The position numbers and the translations under genes were made by a program. A stretch of DNA of 64,000 bases from Candidatus Eiseniibacteriota bacterium (GTDB taxonomy: Bacteria; Eisenbacteria; RBG-16-71-46): NCBI GenBank assembly GCA_963717935.1, contig CAVQXP010000002.1:224001-288000 (forward strand), in the 5' to 3' direction. Position 1 is the stretch's first letter. The number at the start of each line of letters is the position of its first letter. The notes beneath the pieces were generated by a model. That model had not been told where the DNA came from, did not search any database, and saw only the letters and a list, made by a program, of their open reading frames with translations. Shown here piece by piece: positions 41,231 through 52,088 of this stretch.

Positions 41231-41259
41231 TTGACACCCTCTGGGGCCCCGGCTAGACT
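41231..41259 (+). promoter_or_regulatory. Sigma70 promoter of the rib operon
   Basis: TTGACA-17 bp-TAGACT immediately before the riboswitch. Confidence 0.8.
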
Positions 41260-41274
41260 CCGTCGCCTTAGAGC

Positions 41275-41418
41275 TCCTTCGGGGCGGGGTGCGAGTCCCC
41301 ACCGGCGGTAGAGCCCGCGAGCGGGCGTGTGCGGCGCAGCAGTCCAGGGCGAACCGGACGCGACCGCAGACCCGGCGAGATTCCGGGGCCGACCGTGAAA
41401 GTCGGGATGGAAGAAGGA
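41275..41418 (+). ncRNA. FMN riboswitch (RFN element)
   Basis: TCCTTCGGGGCGGGGTGCGAGTCCCCACCGGCGGTA.AGCCCGCGAGC...GACCCGGCGAGATTCCGGGGCCGACCGTGAAAGTCGGGATGGAAGAAGGA, upstream of ribD. Confidence 0.95.
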
Positions 41419-41511
41419 GGAGGGCCGAGGACTGCCCGTGTCCCGGCCGCTGCTCCGTGATTCCGCCCCGTGGTGCCGAACGCCACGGGGTCTTCTCATT
41501 CTTGGAGGGTC

Positions 41512-42639
41512 ATGGCCCGCTCATCGCGACCGGACGAGGCGCGCTTCATGGCGCGCGCCCTGGCCCTGGCCGAACGGGGGCGGGGTCGCACGAGCCCCAA
41601 TCCCATCGTCGGAGCGGTGGTCGTGCGCGCGGGCCGCGTGGTCGGGAGTGGCTGGCACGAGCGGGCGGGCGCCGACCACGCCGAGGTGGTGGCCCTGCGG
41701 CAGGCGGGCCCGAAGGCCCGCGGCGCCACGCTCTACTGCACGCTCGAGCCCTGCGCGCACCACGGGCGCACGCCGCCCTGCGTGGACGCCATCATCCAGG
41801 CGGGAGTGCGGCGCTGCGTCGTGGCACTGCGCGACCCGCACGACATCGTGGACGGCCGCGGCCTGCGCCGGTTGCGCCGGGCCGGGATCGAGGTCGCGGT
41901 CGGCCTGCTCGAGCGCGAGGCCCGCGAGGCGCTCAGCGGCTACTGGCGGGCCCACCGCACGGGCCTGCCGCGCGTGACCTGGAAGCTGGCGGTGACCCTG
42001 GACGGCAAGGTGGCCGACCGCGCCGGGTGCTCGAAATGGATCACCGGGCCCGCGGCCCGGCAGCTGGTCCACCGGTTGCGCGCGGGGGCGGACGCCGTGG
42101 TCATCGGCGCGGGCACGGCGCGGGCCGACGACCCGCGGCTCACCGCGCGCCTCGCGGGCGGGCGGGACGCCGTGTGCCAGCCACTGCGCGTGGTCTGCGA
42201 CACGCGCCTGCGGCTGCCGCTCACGCTGAGGCTCTTCGGGCCGGCGCTGGCGAAGGGCACGGTCGTGGCCTGCGGTCCGGCGGCGCCGGCCGCGCGCGCA
42301 CGGGCGCTGGAGCGGCGCGGGATCGCGGTCTGGCGCCTGCCGCTGGCATCGGGGCGGGTCTCGCCGCGGGCTCTGGCGAAGCGGCTCGCCCGTGGGGGCC
42401 GCCACGAGGTGCTGCTCGAGAGCGGGCCCACGCTGGGCACGGCCTGGCTCGAGGCGGGGTTGGTGGGCCGCATCGCGTTGTTCACCGCGCCGCGGGTGCT
42501 CGGGGCCGCAGGGCTCGCCTGGTGCGGGCCGCTCGGGAGCGGCCTGCTGGCGCGTGCCCTGCCGGGGCGGATCAGCGCCTGCGGCGGCGCGGGCGGGGAC
42601 TTGTTCGTGATGGTCGAGCTGGAAGGAAGGGGACGCTGA
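41512..42639 (+). CDS. ribD: Bifunctional riboflavin deaminase/reductase
   Basis: Motifs PNPIVGAV, HAE, TLEPCAHHGRTPPC, SKWIT and DDPRLT.R. Confidence 0.95.
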   Translation: MARSSRPDEARFMARALALAERGRGRTSPNPIVGAVVVRAGRVVGSGWHERAGADHAEVVALRQAGPKARGATLYCTLEPCAHHGRTPPCVDAIIQAGVRRCVVALRDPHDIVDGRGLRRLRRAGIEVAVGLLEREAREALSGYWRAHRTGLPRVTWKLAVTLDGKVADRAGCSKWITGPAARQLVHRLRAGADAVVIGAGTARADDPRLTARLAGGRDAVCQPLRVVCDTRLRLPLTLRLFGPALAKGTVVACGPAAPAARARALERRGIAVWRLPLASGRVSPRALAKRLARGGRHEVLLESGPTLGTAWLEAGLVGRIALFTAPRVLGAAGLAWCGPLGSGLLARALPGRISACGGAGGDLFVMVELEGRGR

Positions 42640-43271
42640 TGTTCACCGGAATCGTCGAGGAGATGGGCCGGGTCCACCGCATCGAGGAGCGGCCGGGGCA
42701 CCCGCGCGAAGCGCGGGTCGGCCGCAGGTTCTGGTTCGCGGCGGAGAAGGTGCTCGCGGACGCGGAGGTCGGCAGCAGCATCGCCGTGAGCGGCGTCTGC
42801 CTGACGGTGGTCGCGCTGGAGCCGGGCCGCTTCAGCGTGGACGCCGTGCCCGAGACGCTGAGCCGGACGATCCTCGGGGGCCTGCGCGTGGGAGATGCCG
42901 TGAACCTGGAGCGGCCGCTCACGCTCGAGCAGCGTCTGGGCGGGCATCTGGTGCAGGGCCACGTGGACGGCGTCGGGGAGGTGCTGGCGGTGCTGCCCGA
43001 GGGTGACGGCGTGCGCGTGACCATCGCCATCCCGCCGCCGCTGCGGCGCTACGTGGCCGAGAAGGGCTCGCTCGCCGTGGACGGCGTGAGCCTCACGATC
43101 GCGCGCGCGGAAGACGACCGCTGCGACGTGGCGCTCATCCCGCATACGCTCAAGGTCACGACCTCGGGCGGTTACGCGAGCGGCACGCGTGTGAACCTCG
43201 AGGTGGATCTGCTGGCGCGTTATCTCGCGCGGCTGCTCGACGAGTCCGGGACCGGGGGAGGTGCGTCATGA
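42639..43271 (+). CDS. ribE: Riboflavin synthase (alpha chain)
   Basis: Motifs [40 protein letters not shown] and VNLEVD. Confidence 0.95.
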   Translation: MFTGIVEEMGRVHRIEERPGHPREARVGRRFWFAAEKVLADAEVGSSIAVSGVCLTVVALEPGRFSVDAVPETLSRTILGGLRVGDAVNLERPLTLEQRLGGHLVQGHVDGVGEVLAVLPEGDGVRVTIAIPPPLRRYVAEKGSLAVDGVSLTIARAEDDRCDVALIPHTLKVTTSGGYASGTRVNLEVDLLARYLARLLDESGTGGGAS

Positions 43272-44617
43272 AGCGCGCGACGAGCGGGCGCAAGCCGGCG
43301 AAGCGCCCTGTGCGGAAGCCCGCGCGCGCCGCGGTGAAGCGGACGTCGCCATGCAAGCCGGCGCCCGCGTCGAGCCCCGCCCCGGCCGTGGGCGTGAGCG
43401 CGGAGGTCCGCCTCACGGTCGAGCAGGCCGTGGCCCGCATCAAGGCGGGCCGGATGATCATCGTGGTGGATGACGCCCACCGCGAGAACGAGGGCGACAT
43501 CATCTTCGCCGCCGAGAAGGCGACGCCGGAGATGGTCAATTTCGCGCTCAAGCACGGCCGCGGCATCCTCTGCGCGCCGATGGATCCGGAAGAGGCGGAG
43601 CGCGCCGGTCTCGAACTCATGGTGGAGCACAACACCGCCAAGTTCGGCACGCCCTTCACCGAGTCGGTGGACGCGCGGCGCGGCACCACGACCGGCACCT
43701 CGGCCTTCGACCGCGCGCGCACGCTGCGCGTGCTGGCGGACCGGCGCTCGGGCTCCGAGGACCTGATGCGCCCCGGGCACGTCTTCCCGCTGCGCGCGGT
43801 GCCGGGCGGGGTGCTGCGCCGTGCCGGGCACACCGAGGCGGTCACCGACCTCTGCCGGCTCGCCGGGCTGCGGGCCGTCGGCGCGCTGTGCGAGATCCTC
43901 ACCGACGACGGTCACATGATGCGGCTGGCGGGGCTCCAGCGCTACGCCCTCCGGCACGGTCTCGGGATCCTCACGATCCAGCAGTTGATCGAGCACCGGC
44001 GCCGCAAGGAGAAGCTGGTGCGGCGCGTGGTCTCGGTGCCGCTGCCGACGCCCGAGGGTGACTTCATGCTCCACCTCTTCGAGAGCACGCTCGAGGGCGA
44101 CCACCACGTGGCGCTGGTCAAGGGCCGCATCTCGAAGAGCCGGCCGGTGCTGGTGCGCGTGCACTCGCAGTGCCTCACAGGCGACGTCTTCGGCTCCCAG
44201 CGCTGCGACTGCGGCTCGCAGATGCACGCGGCGTTGAAGGCCATCACGAAGAGGGGCTCGGGGGTGTTCCTCTACCTGCGGCAGGAGGGGCGCGGCATCG
44301 GGCTGGCGAACAAGCTGCGCGCCTACGCGTTGCAGGACCAGGGGCTCGACACGGTCGAGGCCAACGTGAAGCTGGGCTTCGCGGCCGACCTGCGCGACTA
44401 CGGCATCGGCGCGCAGATCCTGGCCGACCTGGGCGTCTGCGAGATCGAGTTGCTCACGAACAACCCGCGCAAGGTGGTGGGCCTCGAGGCCTACGGCCTG
44501 CGCATCGTCGAGCGCGTGCCGATCCGGATCCGGCCGACACGGCACAACCGGCGCTACCTCACGACCAAGCGCGACAAGCTCGGGCACCTGCTGGGGCTGC
44601 ACCTGGGGGAGACGTGA
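43268..44617 (+). CDS. ribBA: Bifunctional DHBP synthase / GTP cyclohydrolase II
   Basis: Motifs [46 protein letters not shown] and LLTNNPRK. Confidence 0.96.
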   Translation: MKRATSGRKPAKRPVRKPARAAVKRTSPCKPAPASSPAPAVGVSAEVRLTVEQAVARIKAGRMIIVVDDAHRENEGDIIFAAEKATPEMVNFALKHGRGILCAPMDPEEAERAGLELMVEHNTAKFGTPFTESVDARRGTTTGTSAFDRARTLRVLADRRSGSEDLMRPGHVFPLRAVPGGVLRRAGHTEAVTDLCRLAGLRAVGALCEILTDDGHMMRLAGLQRYALRHGLGILTIQQLIEHRRRKEKLVRRVVSVPLPTPEGDFMLHLFESTLEGDHHVALVKGRISKSRPVLVRVHSQCLTGDVFGSQRCDCGSQMHAALKAITKRGSGVFLYLRQEGRGIGLANKLRAYALQDQGLDTVEANVKLGFAADLRDYGIGAQILADLGVCEIELLTNNPRKVVGLEAYGLRIVERVPIRIRPTRHNRRYLTTKRDKLGHLLGLHLGET

Positions 44618-45105
44618 GCCCGCGCGAGCCCCGTCCCGAACCCGATGTCGCCGGACTGCGCTTCGGCGTGGTGGCGGCGCGTTTCAACGAGAAGCACGTG
44701 CAGCGCCTGCTGGACGGCGCGCTCGAGACGCTGCGCCGGCAGGGCGTGGCGGAGGACGCGATGGAGGTCCTGTGGGTGCCGGGCTCGCTCGAACTGCCGC
44801 TCGCGGCGAAGTGGCTGGCGTCCCGGCGGCCGGCCGACGGGCGGGGGCCGGGATGCCACGCGATCCTCGCCTTCGGCGTCATCATCCAGGGCGAGACCGA
44901 GCACTTCCGCCTGGTGGCGGACCAGTGCGCGCGCGGACTGCTCGACGTCTCGCTCGAGACCGGGGTGCCGGTGCTGAACGGCGTGCTCGCCTGCTACGAC
45001 GCGGGGCAGGTCGAGGCGCGCCTGGGTGGGGCGATGGGGCACACGGGGGTCACGACCGCGCTGGCCGCCGTCCGGATGGCGCGCCTGCGTCTGGAGCAGC
45101 CGTGA
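44614..45105 (+). CDS. ribH: 6,7-dimethyl-8-ribityllumazine synthase
   Basis: Motifs [21 protein letters not shown] and PVLNGVL. Confidence 0.92.
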   Translation: MSPREPRPEPDVAGLRFGVVAARFNEKHVQRLLDGALETLRRQGVAEDAMEVLWVPGSLELPLAAKWLASRRPADGRGPGCHAILAFGVIIQGETEHFRLVADQCARGLLDVSLETGVPVLNGVLACYDAGQVEARLGGAMGHTGVTTALAAVRMARLRLEQP

Positions 45106-45551
45106 GCGAGCGGGAGGGAAAGCCGCGTGGTGGCACGACCGCGCGCCGGCGGGCCCGCGAACTGGCGTTCCGGGTCGTCTACCAGGGCGCCCTCACGGGC
45201 GATGGCTACGCGGCCACCTGGGCGGCGGTCGGCGCGGACGCGTCGCTCAGCGACGACCAGCGCGAGCTGGTGGATGACGTGGTGAGGCTGCTCGAGGCCC
45301 GCGTGGCCGAAGTGGACACCGCGCTGGTCGCGGCATGCGCGCACTGGCCGCTCGAGCGGCTGGCCGCCACGGACCGCTCGGTCCTGCGCGCCGCGGTGGC
45401 GGAGTTGATGGCGCGCCCGGGCACGCCCGCGCGGGTGGTCTTGGACGAGGCCATCGAGCTGGCCCGGCGCTACGGCTCGGCGGAGTCGGGCGGTTTCGTC
45501 AACGGGGTGCTGGACCAGGTGGTGCGGCGCCTGCGCCCGGAAGAGCTGTGA
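45102..45551 (+). CDS. nusB: Transcription antitermination factor NusB
   Basis: Motifs RRRARELA, W.LERL...DR.VLR and DEAIELA..Y....GFVNGVLD. Confidence 0.93.
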   Translation: MSEREGKPRGGTTARRRARELAFRVVYQGALTGDGYAATWAAVGADASLSDDQRELVDDVVRLLEARVAEVDTALVAACAHWPLERLAATDRSVLRAAVAELMARPGTPARVVLDEAIELARRYGSAESGGFVNGVLDQVVRRLRPEEL

Positions 45552-46282
45552 TGCTGCGCGCCGTCCTCTCGGACATCCACAGCAACCTCGAGGCGCTCGA
45601 GGCCGTGCTCGCCGGCGTGGAGCGGGCCGGCGCGAGCGAGATCCTCTGCCTCGGCGACTTCGTGGGCTACGGAGCCTCGCCCAACGAGTGCATCGAACGC
45701 CTGCGCCCGATCGTCACCGCGGCGGTGGCGGGGAACCACGACGTGGCGGTGTGCGGCCGGGCCCGGATCGGGAGCTTCGGCTCGAATGCGGCGCTGGCCG
45801 CGCGCTGGACCGCGACGGCCCTCACGCCGCGGAGCCTGGCGTACCTGGAGTCGCTGCCCATCACGGTGCGCCATGCGGGCGCGCTGCTGGTGCACTCCTC
45901 GCCGTCGGAGCCGCAGACGTGGCGCTACGTGCAGGAGGTCGAGGAGGCGCGCGCCGAGTTCGACGCCTTCATGGAATCCCTGTGCCTGATTGGGCACCTG
46001 CACAGGCCGGGCACCTACCGGCTCGACGGCCGCACGAACCAGGTCGGCTACAGCCGCGAGCCGGAGGTCCCGCTCGATCCGCTGGGGCGCTTCCTGGTGA
46101 GCGTGCCGAGCGTGGGCCAGCCGCGCGACGGCGACGCGCGCGCGGGCTATCTGCTGTGGGACGACGGGCGCGGCTGGGTGCGGCAGGTGCGCGTGGACTA
46201 CGATGTGGCGGCGGCGCGGCAGCGCATCCTGGACGCGGGGCTGCCGCCCTTCCTGGGCGACCGGCTGCAGTGGGGGGAGTGA
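45551..46282 (+). CDS. Calcineurin-like metallophosphoesterase
   Basis: Motifs SDIHSN, LGDFVGYG, GNHD, GHLH and SVGQPRDG. Confidence 0.9.
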   Translation: MLRAVLSDIHSNLEALEAVLAGVERAGASEILCLGDFVGYGASPNECIERLRPIVTAAVAGNHDVAVCGRARIGSFGSNAALAARWTATALTPRSLAYLESLPITVRHAGALLVHSSPSEPQTWRYVQEVEEARAEFDAFMESLCLIGHLHRPGTYRLDGRTNQVGYSREPEVPLDPLGRFLVSVPSVGQPRDGDARAGYLLWDDGRGWVRQVRVDYDVAAARQRILDAGLPPFLGDRLQWGE

Positions 46283-47073
46283 TGACGGGCGAGCAGGGCG
46301 CGCGGCGGGCCTCGACCCTCGATCACTGGGAGTCCTACTGGAGGGGACACGCCGACCTCGACCGGACCTACTCGACCGGCGGGCGGCTGGCCCGCGAGGT
46401 GTTGACGGGGGGGCCGATCGCGGGCCGGCTCGTGATGGAGGTGGGCGCCGGCTCGGGGCGCGACCTGCTGGCGCTGGCGCGCGCGGGCGCGGTGGGGGTG
46501 GTGCTCGACTACTCGCCGGCCTCGCTCGGACTGGTGCGGCGCCAGGCCCGCGAGCAGGGCGTGCCGGTGCTGCTGGTGCAGGCCGACGCGCTGCGCATGC
46601 CGTTCCGCGACGGCGCCTTCGACGTGGTCTTCCACCAGGGTCTGCTCGAGCACTTCCGCGACCCCCTGCCGCTGCTGCGCGAGAACGCGCGCATCACGGC
46701 GCGGGGCGGGCGCGTGATCGTGGACGTGCCGCAGACCTTCCACCCCTACACGCTGATGAAGCAGGTCCTCATCGCCCTGAACCGCTGGTTCGCGGGCTGG
46801 GAGACGCAGTTCACGCCCGCCGGGCTCGAGCGCCTGCTCGTGGCGAGCGGGCTCGTCGTGCGGCGCAGTTACGGCGAGTGGATGGTGCCCGGGCTCTGCT
46901 ACCGCGTGCTGCGCGAAGGGCTCAAGCGGACGCTGCGGGTCTCGCTGCCGCTCGATCCGGCCGGACCGCGTTTCTGGCGCGAGGGCTGGGAGGGCCTGCG
47001 CGCGCGGCTCGCCCGCCGGCGCTGGGCGCTCTACACCTGCCACGTCATCGGCACGGTGGCCGAGAAGCCATGA
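46282..47073 (+). CDS. Class I SAM-dependent methyltransferase
   Basis: Motifs EVGAGSG, DA..MPFRDGAFD and GLLEHF. Confidence 0.88.
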   Translation: MTGEQGARRASTLDHWESYWRGHADLDRTYSTGGRLAREVLTGGPIAGRLVMEVGAGSGRDLLALARAGAVGVVLDYSPASLGLVRRQAREQGVPVLLVQADALRMPFRDGAFDVVFHQGLLEHFRDPLPLLRENARITARGGRVIVDVPQTFHPYTLMKQVLIALNRWFAGWETQFTPAGLERLLVASGLVVRRSYGEWMVPGLCYRVLREGLKRTLRVSLPLDPAGPRFWREGWEGLRARLARRRWALYTCHVIGTVAEKP

Positions 47074-48200
47074 GCCCGGCGCGCCGCCTGCTGGCCATCA
47101 ACTTCCGCGACCCGGGGCACCCCGAGGCGGGCGGAGCCGAGCTGCACCTCGAGGAGATCCTGCTCGAGGCGGTGCGTCGCGGCTGGCGCGTGACCTGGCT
47201 GGCCTGCGGCTTCCCGGGCGGCGCGCCCGAGTCCGAGCACCGGGGGATGCGCATCCTGCGCCGGGGCAACTGGTGGGACTTCAACCTGAGGGTGCCGGGC
47301 GTGCTGCGGCGGGAGTTCTCGGACCCCGCACCCGACCTCGTGGTCGAGGACGTCAACAAGGTCCCGTGCTTCGCGCCCTGGTGGACGCGGGCCCCGGTGG
47401 CGGTGATCGTGCCGCACCTGTTCGGCGCCACCGCCTTCGTCGAGGCCTCGATCCCGGTCGCGACCTACGTCGTGCTGCTCGAGTGGCTCATCCCGTTCGC
47501 GTACCGCCGCTCGGCCTTTCTCGCCATCTCGGAGAGCACGCGCGACGACCTGGTGCGCCGCGGGATCGCCCCGGAGCGCGTCAGCGTGGTGCACTGCGGC
47601 ATGGACCACGGGACCTACCGCTACGACCCGACCGTCACGAAGAGCGCCGAGCCCACGATCGTCTTCCTCGGGCGGCTGCGCCGCTACAAGGGCGTGGACT
47701 GGGTGATGCGCGCGATGCCGCAGGTGCGCGAGCGCGTGCCCGGCGCCCGGCTGGTCGTGGTGGGGGACGGTCCGTTCCGCGCGGAGCTGGAGCAGACCGC
47801 GCGCCGCCTGGGCGTGGGGGGGGCCGTCGAGTTCCGCGGTTTCCTGCCGCGCGCGGAGAAGGTGCGCGCTCTGCAGCAGGCGTGGGCGCTGGTGCAGCCC
47901 TCGCCCAAGGAGGGCTGGGGTCTCACGGTGGTGGAGGCGGGCGCCTGTGGGACCGCGGTGGTGGCCGCCGACAGCCCGGGCCTGCGCGACTCGGTGCGCC
48001 GCGACACGACCGGCCTGCTCGTGCCCTACGGGGATACGCCGCGCCTGGCCGCCGCACTGGCCCGGATGCTCGAGGATGGCGCGTCACGCACGCGCTTCGA
48101 GGCCGAGGGCCGTGCCTGGGCGGCGCGCTTCACCTGGGCGGACTGCGCGCGCCGCTCGCTCGACGCCCTGCTCGGGGCGCGTGGCAGGGGATGCGCATGA
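47070..48200 (+). CDS. Glycosyltransferase family 4
   Basis: Motifs HPEAGGAE, GRL..YKG, EGWGLTVVEA (EX7E) and D.PGLRDSV. Confidence 0.9.
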   Translation: MSPARRLLAINFRDPGHPEAGGAELHLEEILLEAVRRGWRVTWLACGFPGGAPESEHRGMRILRRGNWWDFNLRVPGVLRREFSDPAPDLVVEDVNKVPCFAPWWTRAPVAVIVPHLFGATAFVEASIPVATYVVLLEWLIPFAYRRSAFLAISESTRDDLVRRGIAPERVSVVHCGMDHGTYRYDPTVTKSAEPTIVFLGRLRRYKGVDWVMRAMPQVRERVPGARLVVVGDGPFRAELEQTARRLGVGGAVEFRGFLPRAEKVRALQQAWALVQPSPKEGWGLTVVEAGACGTAVVAADSPGLRDSVRRDTTGLLVPYGDTPRLAAALARMLEDGASRTRFEAEGRAWAARFTWADCARRSLDALLGARGRGCA

Positions 48201-49216
48201 CGCCCGCGGGGGGCCGGCCGGGCTGGCGCGGGACGCTGCTGCTCGCCGCCAAGGTGATCTTCAGCCTCGGGCTGATGGCCTTCCTGTTCGTCCGCATCCC
48301 CATCGCCGAACTGGGCGCGACCCTGCATGGCGTGAGCCCGGGCTGGCTCGCCGCTTCGGCCGGGCTGTTGCTCGCGAGCAACGTGCTGGGGGCCTGGCAG
48401 TGGCAGCGGCTGCTGCGGGCCGTCGAGATCCGCATCCCGTTCTGGAAGGTGCTGTCCTACTACCACGTCGGGCTCTTCTTCAACAACTTCCTGCCCGCCA
48501 ATGTCGGTGGGGACTTCGCCCGCGTGCTGGACGCCGCGCGTTACGGGCCGAGCCGCACCGCGGCCTTCTCGTCCGTGCTCATGGACCGTCTCATCGGCAC
48601 GCTGGCCCTGGCCGGGCTCGCGCTCGTCACCACGCTGCCGGCGTTCCGCGATTTCCACGAGGTGGGCGGGCTGCCGATCTCCGCCGTCTATCTCGCGCTC
48701 GTCGGCTTCTTCGCGCTCAGCGTCGTCATGACCTGGGTCATCTTCCACCCCGCGTTGCTTCCTGCGGTGCAGCGCCTGCTGGTCCGCGTGGGTCTGGGCG
48801 GCTTCCAGCCGGCGCTGGACGACCTGGCCGGGCGACTGCAGGGCTTCCGCGACCAGCGCGGCCTGTTCATGCGGCTGCTGGCGGTGGCCCTGGTGGTGCA
48901 GGTCGCGCGCATCGGCGTGCACGTGCTGGTGGCCCGGGCGCTGGGGCTCGACCTCCGGACGCAGTACTTCTTCCTGTTCGTGCCGCTGCTCGCCGTCGCG
49001 GTCTCGCTGCCCGTCTCGTTGAACGGGATCGGCGTGCGGGAGGGGGCGGGCATCGTGCTGTTCGGCCTGGTGGGTGTGGGCCGCGCGGACGCTTTCACGC
49101 TACAATTCACCACCTACCTCGTGGCGGTCGCGGTGAGCCTGCTGGGAGGCCTGGTGTTCCTGGCCCGCGCGCCACGGCGCCGCGCGGCCGCTCGACAGAT
49201 CCGGAGGATCTCGTGA
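48197..49216 (+). CDS. Lysylphosphatidylglycerol-synthase-TM (UPF0104) flippase-like membrane protein
   Basis: Motifs GLFFNNFLPANVGGD..R, DRL.G and LP.S.NGIGVRE. Confidence 0.85.
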   Translation: MTPAGGRPGWRGTLLLAAKVIFSLGLMAFLFVRIPIAELGATLHGVSPGWLAASAGLLLASNVLGAWQWQRLLRAVEIRIPFWKVLSYYHVGLFFNNFLPANVGGDFARVLDAARYGPSRTAAFSSVLMDRLIGTLALAGLALVTTLPAFRDFHEVGGLPISAVYLALVGFFALSVVMTWVIFHPALLPAVQRLLVRVGLGGFQPALDDLAGRLQGFRDQRGLFMRLLAVALVVQVARIGVHVLVARALGLDLRTQYFFLFVPLLAVAVSLPVSLNGIGVREGAGIVLFGLVGVGRADAFTLQFTTYLVAVAVSLLGGLVFLARAPRRRAAARQIRRIS

Positions 49217-51937
49217 CGGACATGACCTCTTCGATCGCCCCCGGCGTGCCCGGCACGGACCGGGGCCCGGGCCGCCTGACCTTCGTCGCCGGGCTGCTCG
49301 TCTTCCTCGCGGCCCTGGGCGTGTACCTGCGCACGCTCGCGCCGACGGTCCCGTTCTGGGACGCGGGCGAGTTCATCACCGTCTCGAAGATCCTGGGCAT
49401 CCCGCACCCGCCGGGCACGCCCTTCTACGTCATCCTCGGGCGGTTCGCGACGCTGGTGCCGATCGGCAACATCGCCCAGCGCGTGAACGGGCTCTCGGCG
49501 CTGTCCTCGGCGCTGGCGGTGCTGCTGACCTACCTGACCACGCTGCGGCTGATCCGCATCGCGCAGCGCGGAGGCGTGGCGCGGCCCCGCCCCCGTGGCG
49601 GTCCCGGACGCGCTGGCGAAGTCGCCGGGCCTGCTGGCCACGCTGGGCGCGGAGTGGCTGGCCCAGCTGGGGGCCGTCACGGCGGCCTTCATGCTCGCCT
49701 TCTCGAGCAACTTCTGGGACAACGCCGTCGCGGCCGAGACCTACTCGGAGATGGCGATGGCCCAGGTGCTGATCCTGTGGCTGGCGCTGCGCTGGTGGGA
49801 GGCGCACGAGCGGCGGCCGACGGTGGGGCCGCTGCTCGTGGCCGTCTACGTGATGTGGTTGTCGGTGGGGCTGATGCTGGGCGTGGGGATGATGGGGCTG
49901 CCGCTCCTGGTGCTGCTGCTGCTGGTGGACCGGAAGGTGTTCGTGCTGTTCGCCATGCCGATGGCCTCGGTGCTGGGCGTGACCTACGGTCTCGAGAAGA
50001 TGGCGGGCATCGTCCTGACGCTCTCGATCCTGGGCTTCTGGTACTACGTCGGGCAACGCAAGTTGCAGGCCTGGCTGGCGCTGGCGGCGACGGGCGGGGC
50101 GCTCTACGGCGCCTACTACGGCTTCGGGCCGGCCGCGTTCACGCCGCTGGCGGTGCTGGTCTCGGTGGCGACGGTGGTGGTGCCGGTGGTGGCGCTGGCG
50201 CGGAGGCACCGCGAGGGGCGCATCCTGGCGCTGGCGCTGTTCCTGATGCTGGCGGGCTACTCGACCCACCTGTACCTGCCCATCCGCGCCGCGCAACAGC
50301 CGGCCGTCAACATGGGCACTCCCTCCGACTGGCCGGCGCTGAAGCGCCTGCTCGAGCGCGAGCAGTACGGGCACAGCAGCATGTTCGTGCGGCGGGGCTC
50401 GCTGAGTTCGCAGCTGGACAAGGAGTTCTGGCGGTACTGGAAGCGGCAGTGGCCGCTGTCCAGCAACCTGAGGGTCGAGGGCGGGATCCCGGTGGAGGGC
50501 GAGCCGCGGCTCTGGCACGTGCTGCTGCCGCTGATGCTCGGCGGGTTGGGGGGCTTCTGGCAGGCGCGGCGGGAGCGGGTCACGTTCCTGACCATGCTGA
50601 CGCTGTTCCTGTTCGCGACCGTGGGGATGATCCTGTTCCTGAACTTCAGCGATCACGAGGTGCGCGACCGCGATTACTTCTTCACGACCGGCTACCTCAC
50701 GTACGCGATCTGGATGGGGCTGGGGCTGGTGGGGCTGGTGGGCTGGATCCGGGAGTCGTTCGAGCCGGGCAGGGGGCGGCGGGCGGCGACGGCGGTGGCG
50801 GCGGTGCTGCTGGCCGCGCAGCCGTTCGTGGTGATGCGCAACCTCTGGTTCAGCTCGGACAACAGCCGGAACACCGTGGCGCGGGACTACGCCTGGAACA
50901 TCCTGGCGCCGCTGGCGCCGAACTCCTTCGTATTCACGAACGGCGACAACGACACCTACCCGCTCTGGTACATCCAGCAGGTGGAGGGTTTCCGCAAGGA
51001 CGTCCGCGTGGTCTGTCTCGCCCTGCTCCAGACCGACTGGTACATCTTCCAGTTGCGCGACCGGGAGCCGAAGGTGCCGATCGATCTGTCCGACGAGGTG
51101 ATCCGGGCGATCGGGGGCGGGGCCTTCGAGGACGGCTCGGGCCGCCTCATCTACACGAACGACTTCATGGTGGGGCACATCATCGAGCAGTCGCGGCGCG
51201 ACGGGGGCTGGATCAAGCAGCCGTACTTCGCGGTGACGGCGCCGGATCACCGGGGCTACGACCCCTACCTCTCGCTCGAGGGGCTGGTCTACCGGGTGAA
51301 CCCGGACACGCTGCAGGGTGAGATCGACGTGCCGGCGACCGAGCGCAACCTGTACCACCGGTTCCGCTACGGCGGGTTGTTCAACCCCGACGGCTCGATG
51401 GATTGCACGGTCTACAAGGACGAGAGTGCCGTGACGCTTTCGCGCAACTACGCGGCGGCGCATCTGCAACTCGCCTACCACTACCACCAGCGCCGCGAAC
51501 TCGGTCGCGCCATCATGGAGATGGAGCGGGTGCAGCGCATGTTCCCGGACTACGTCGACGTGCTGATCCCGCTGGGGGGCTTCTACATGGAGGAGCGCGA
51601 CACGGCGAAGGCGCTCGAACTCTTCCGTTCGCTGGCGCGGCGGCAACCCGGCAACCCCGAGGTGCACTACTACTACGGCATCACGCTGGCCTTCCAGCGC
51701 GACGCGGCGGGGGCGTTGCGCGAGTTCGACACGGCGATCCAGCTGGACCCGGCCTACGCGCGGCCGTACTACGGCGCCTACTACACGCTGGGTCAGGCGG
51801 GGCAGGTCGAGCGGGCGCTGGGCTACCTGCAGCGGCTGGTGGAGGTGAACCCGGCGGAGCAGCAGGCGCAGGGCATCCTGCAGATGATGCGGCCCCAGGG
51901 CTCGCCGACGCTGGTCCCGCCGCTCGGCCAACCCTGA
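49213..51937 (+). pseudogene. DUF2723/TMEM260-like GT-C glycosyltransferase with C-terminal TPRs, copy 1; +1 frameshift at about 49582
   Basis: APTVPFWDAGEFI and HPPGTP lie in one frame; REQYG, VRDRDYFF and NGDNDTYPLWY lie in the next. There is an extra C relative to copy 2. Confidence 0.82.
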
Positions 51938-52088
51938 GGCGATCGGGAAGCGGCAGGGTCCCCGGGGCCCGGCACCACGCTCCCCGGGGACCACGCTTTC
52001 GTGCCGCCGCCCGCGGTGGTAGGCTCGCTGCCCAACTCGTTGAACAGCACCGAGGTGAGCGCAGAGGCCGGTGGCCACGGAGGCATTC

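Noticed and set aside
41330..41378. Extra sequence inside the FMN aptamer as a second RNA element
   Set aside because: It lies in the known variable region of RFN elements.
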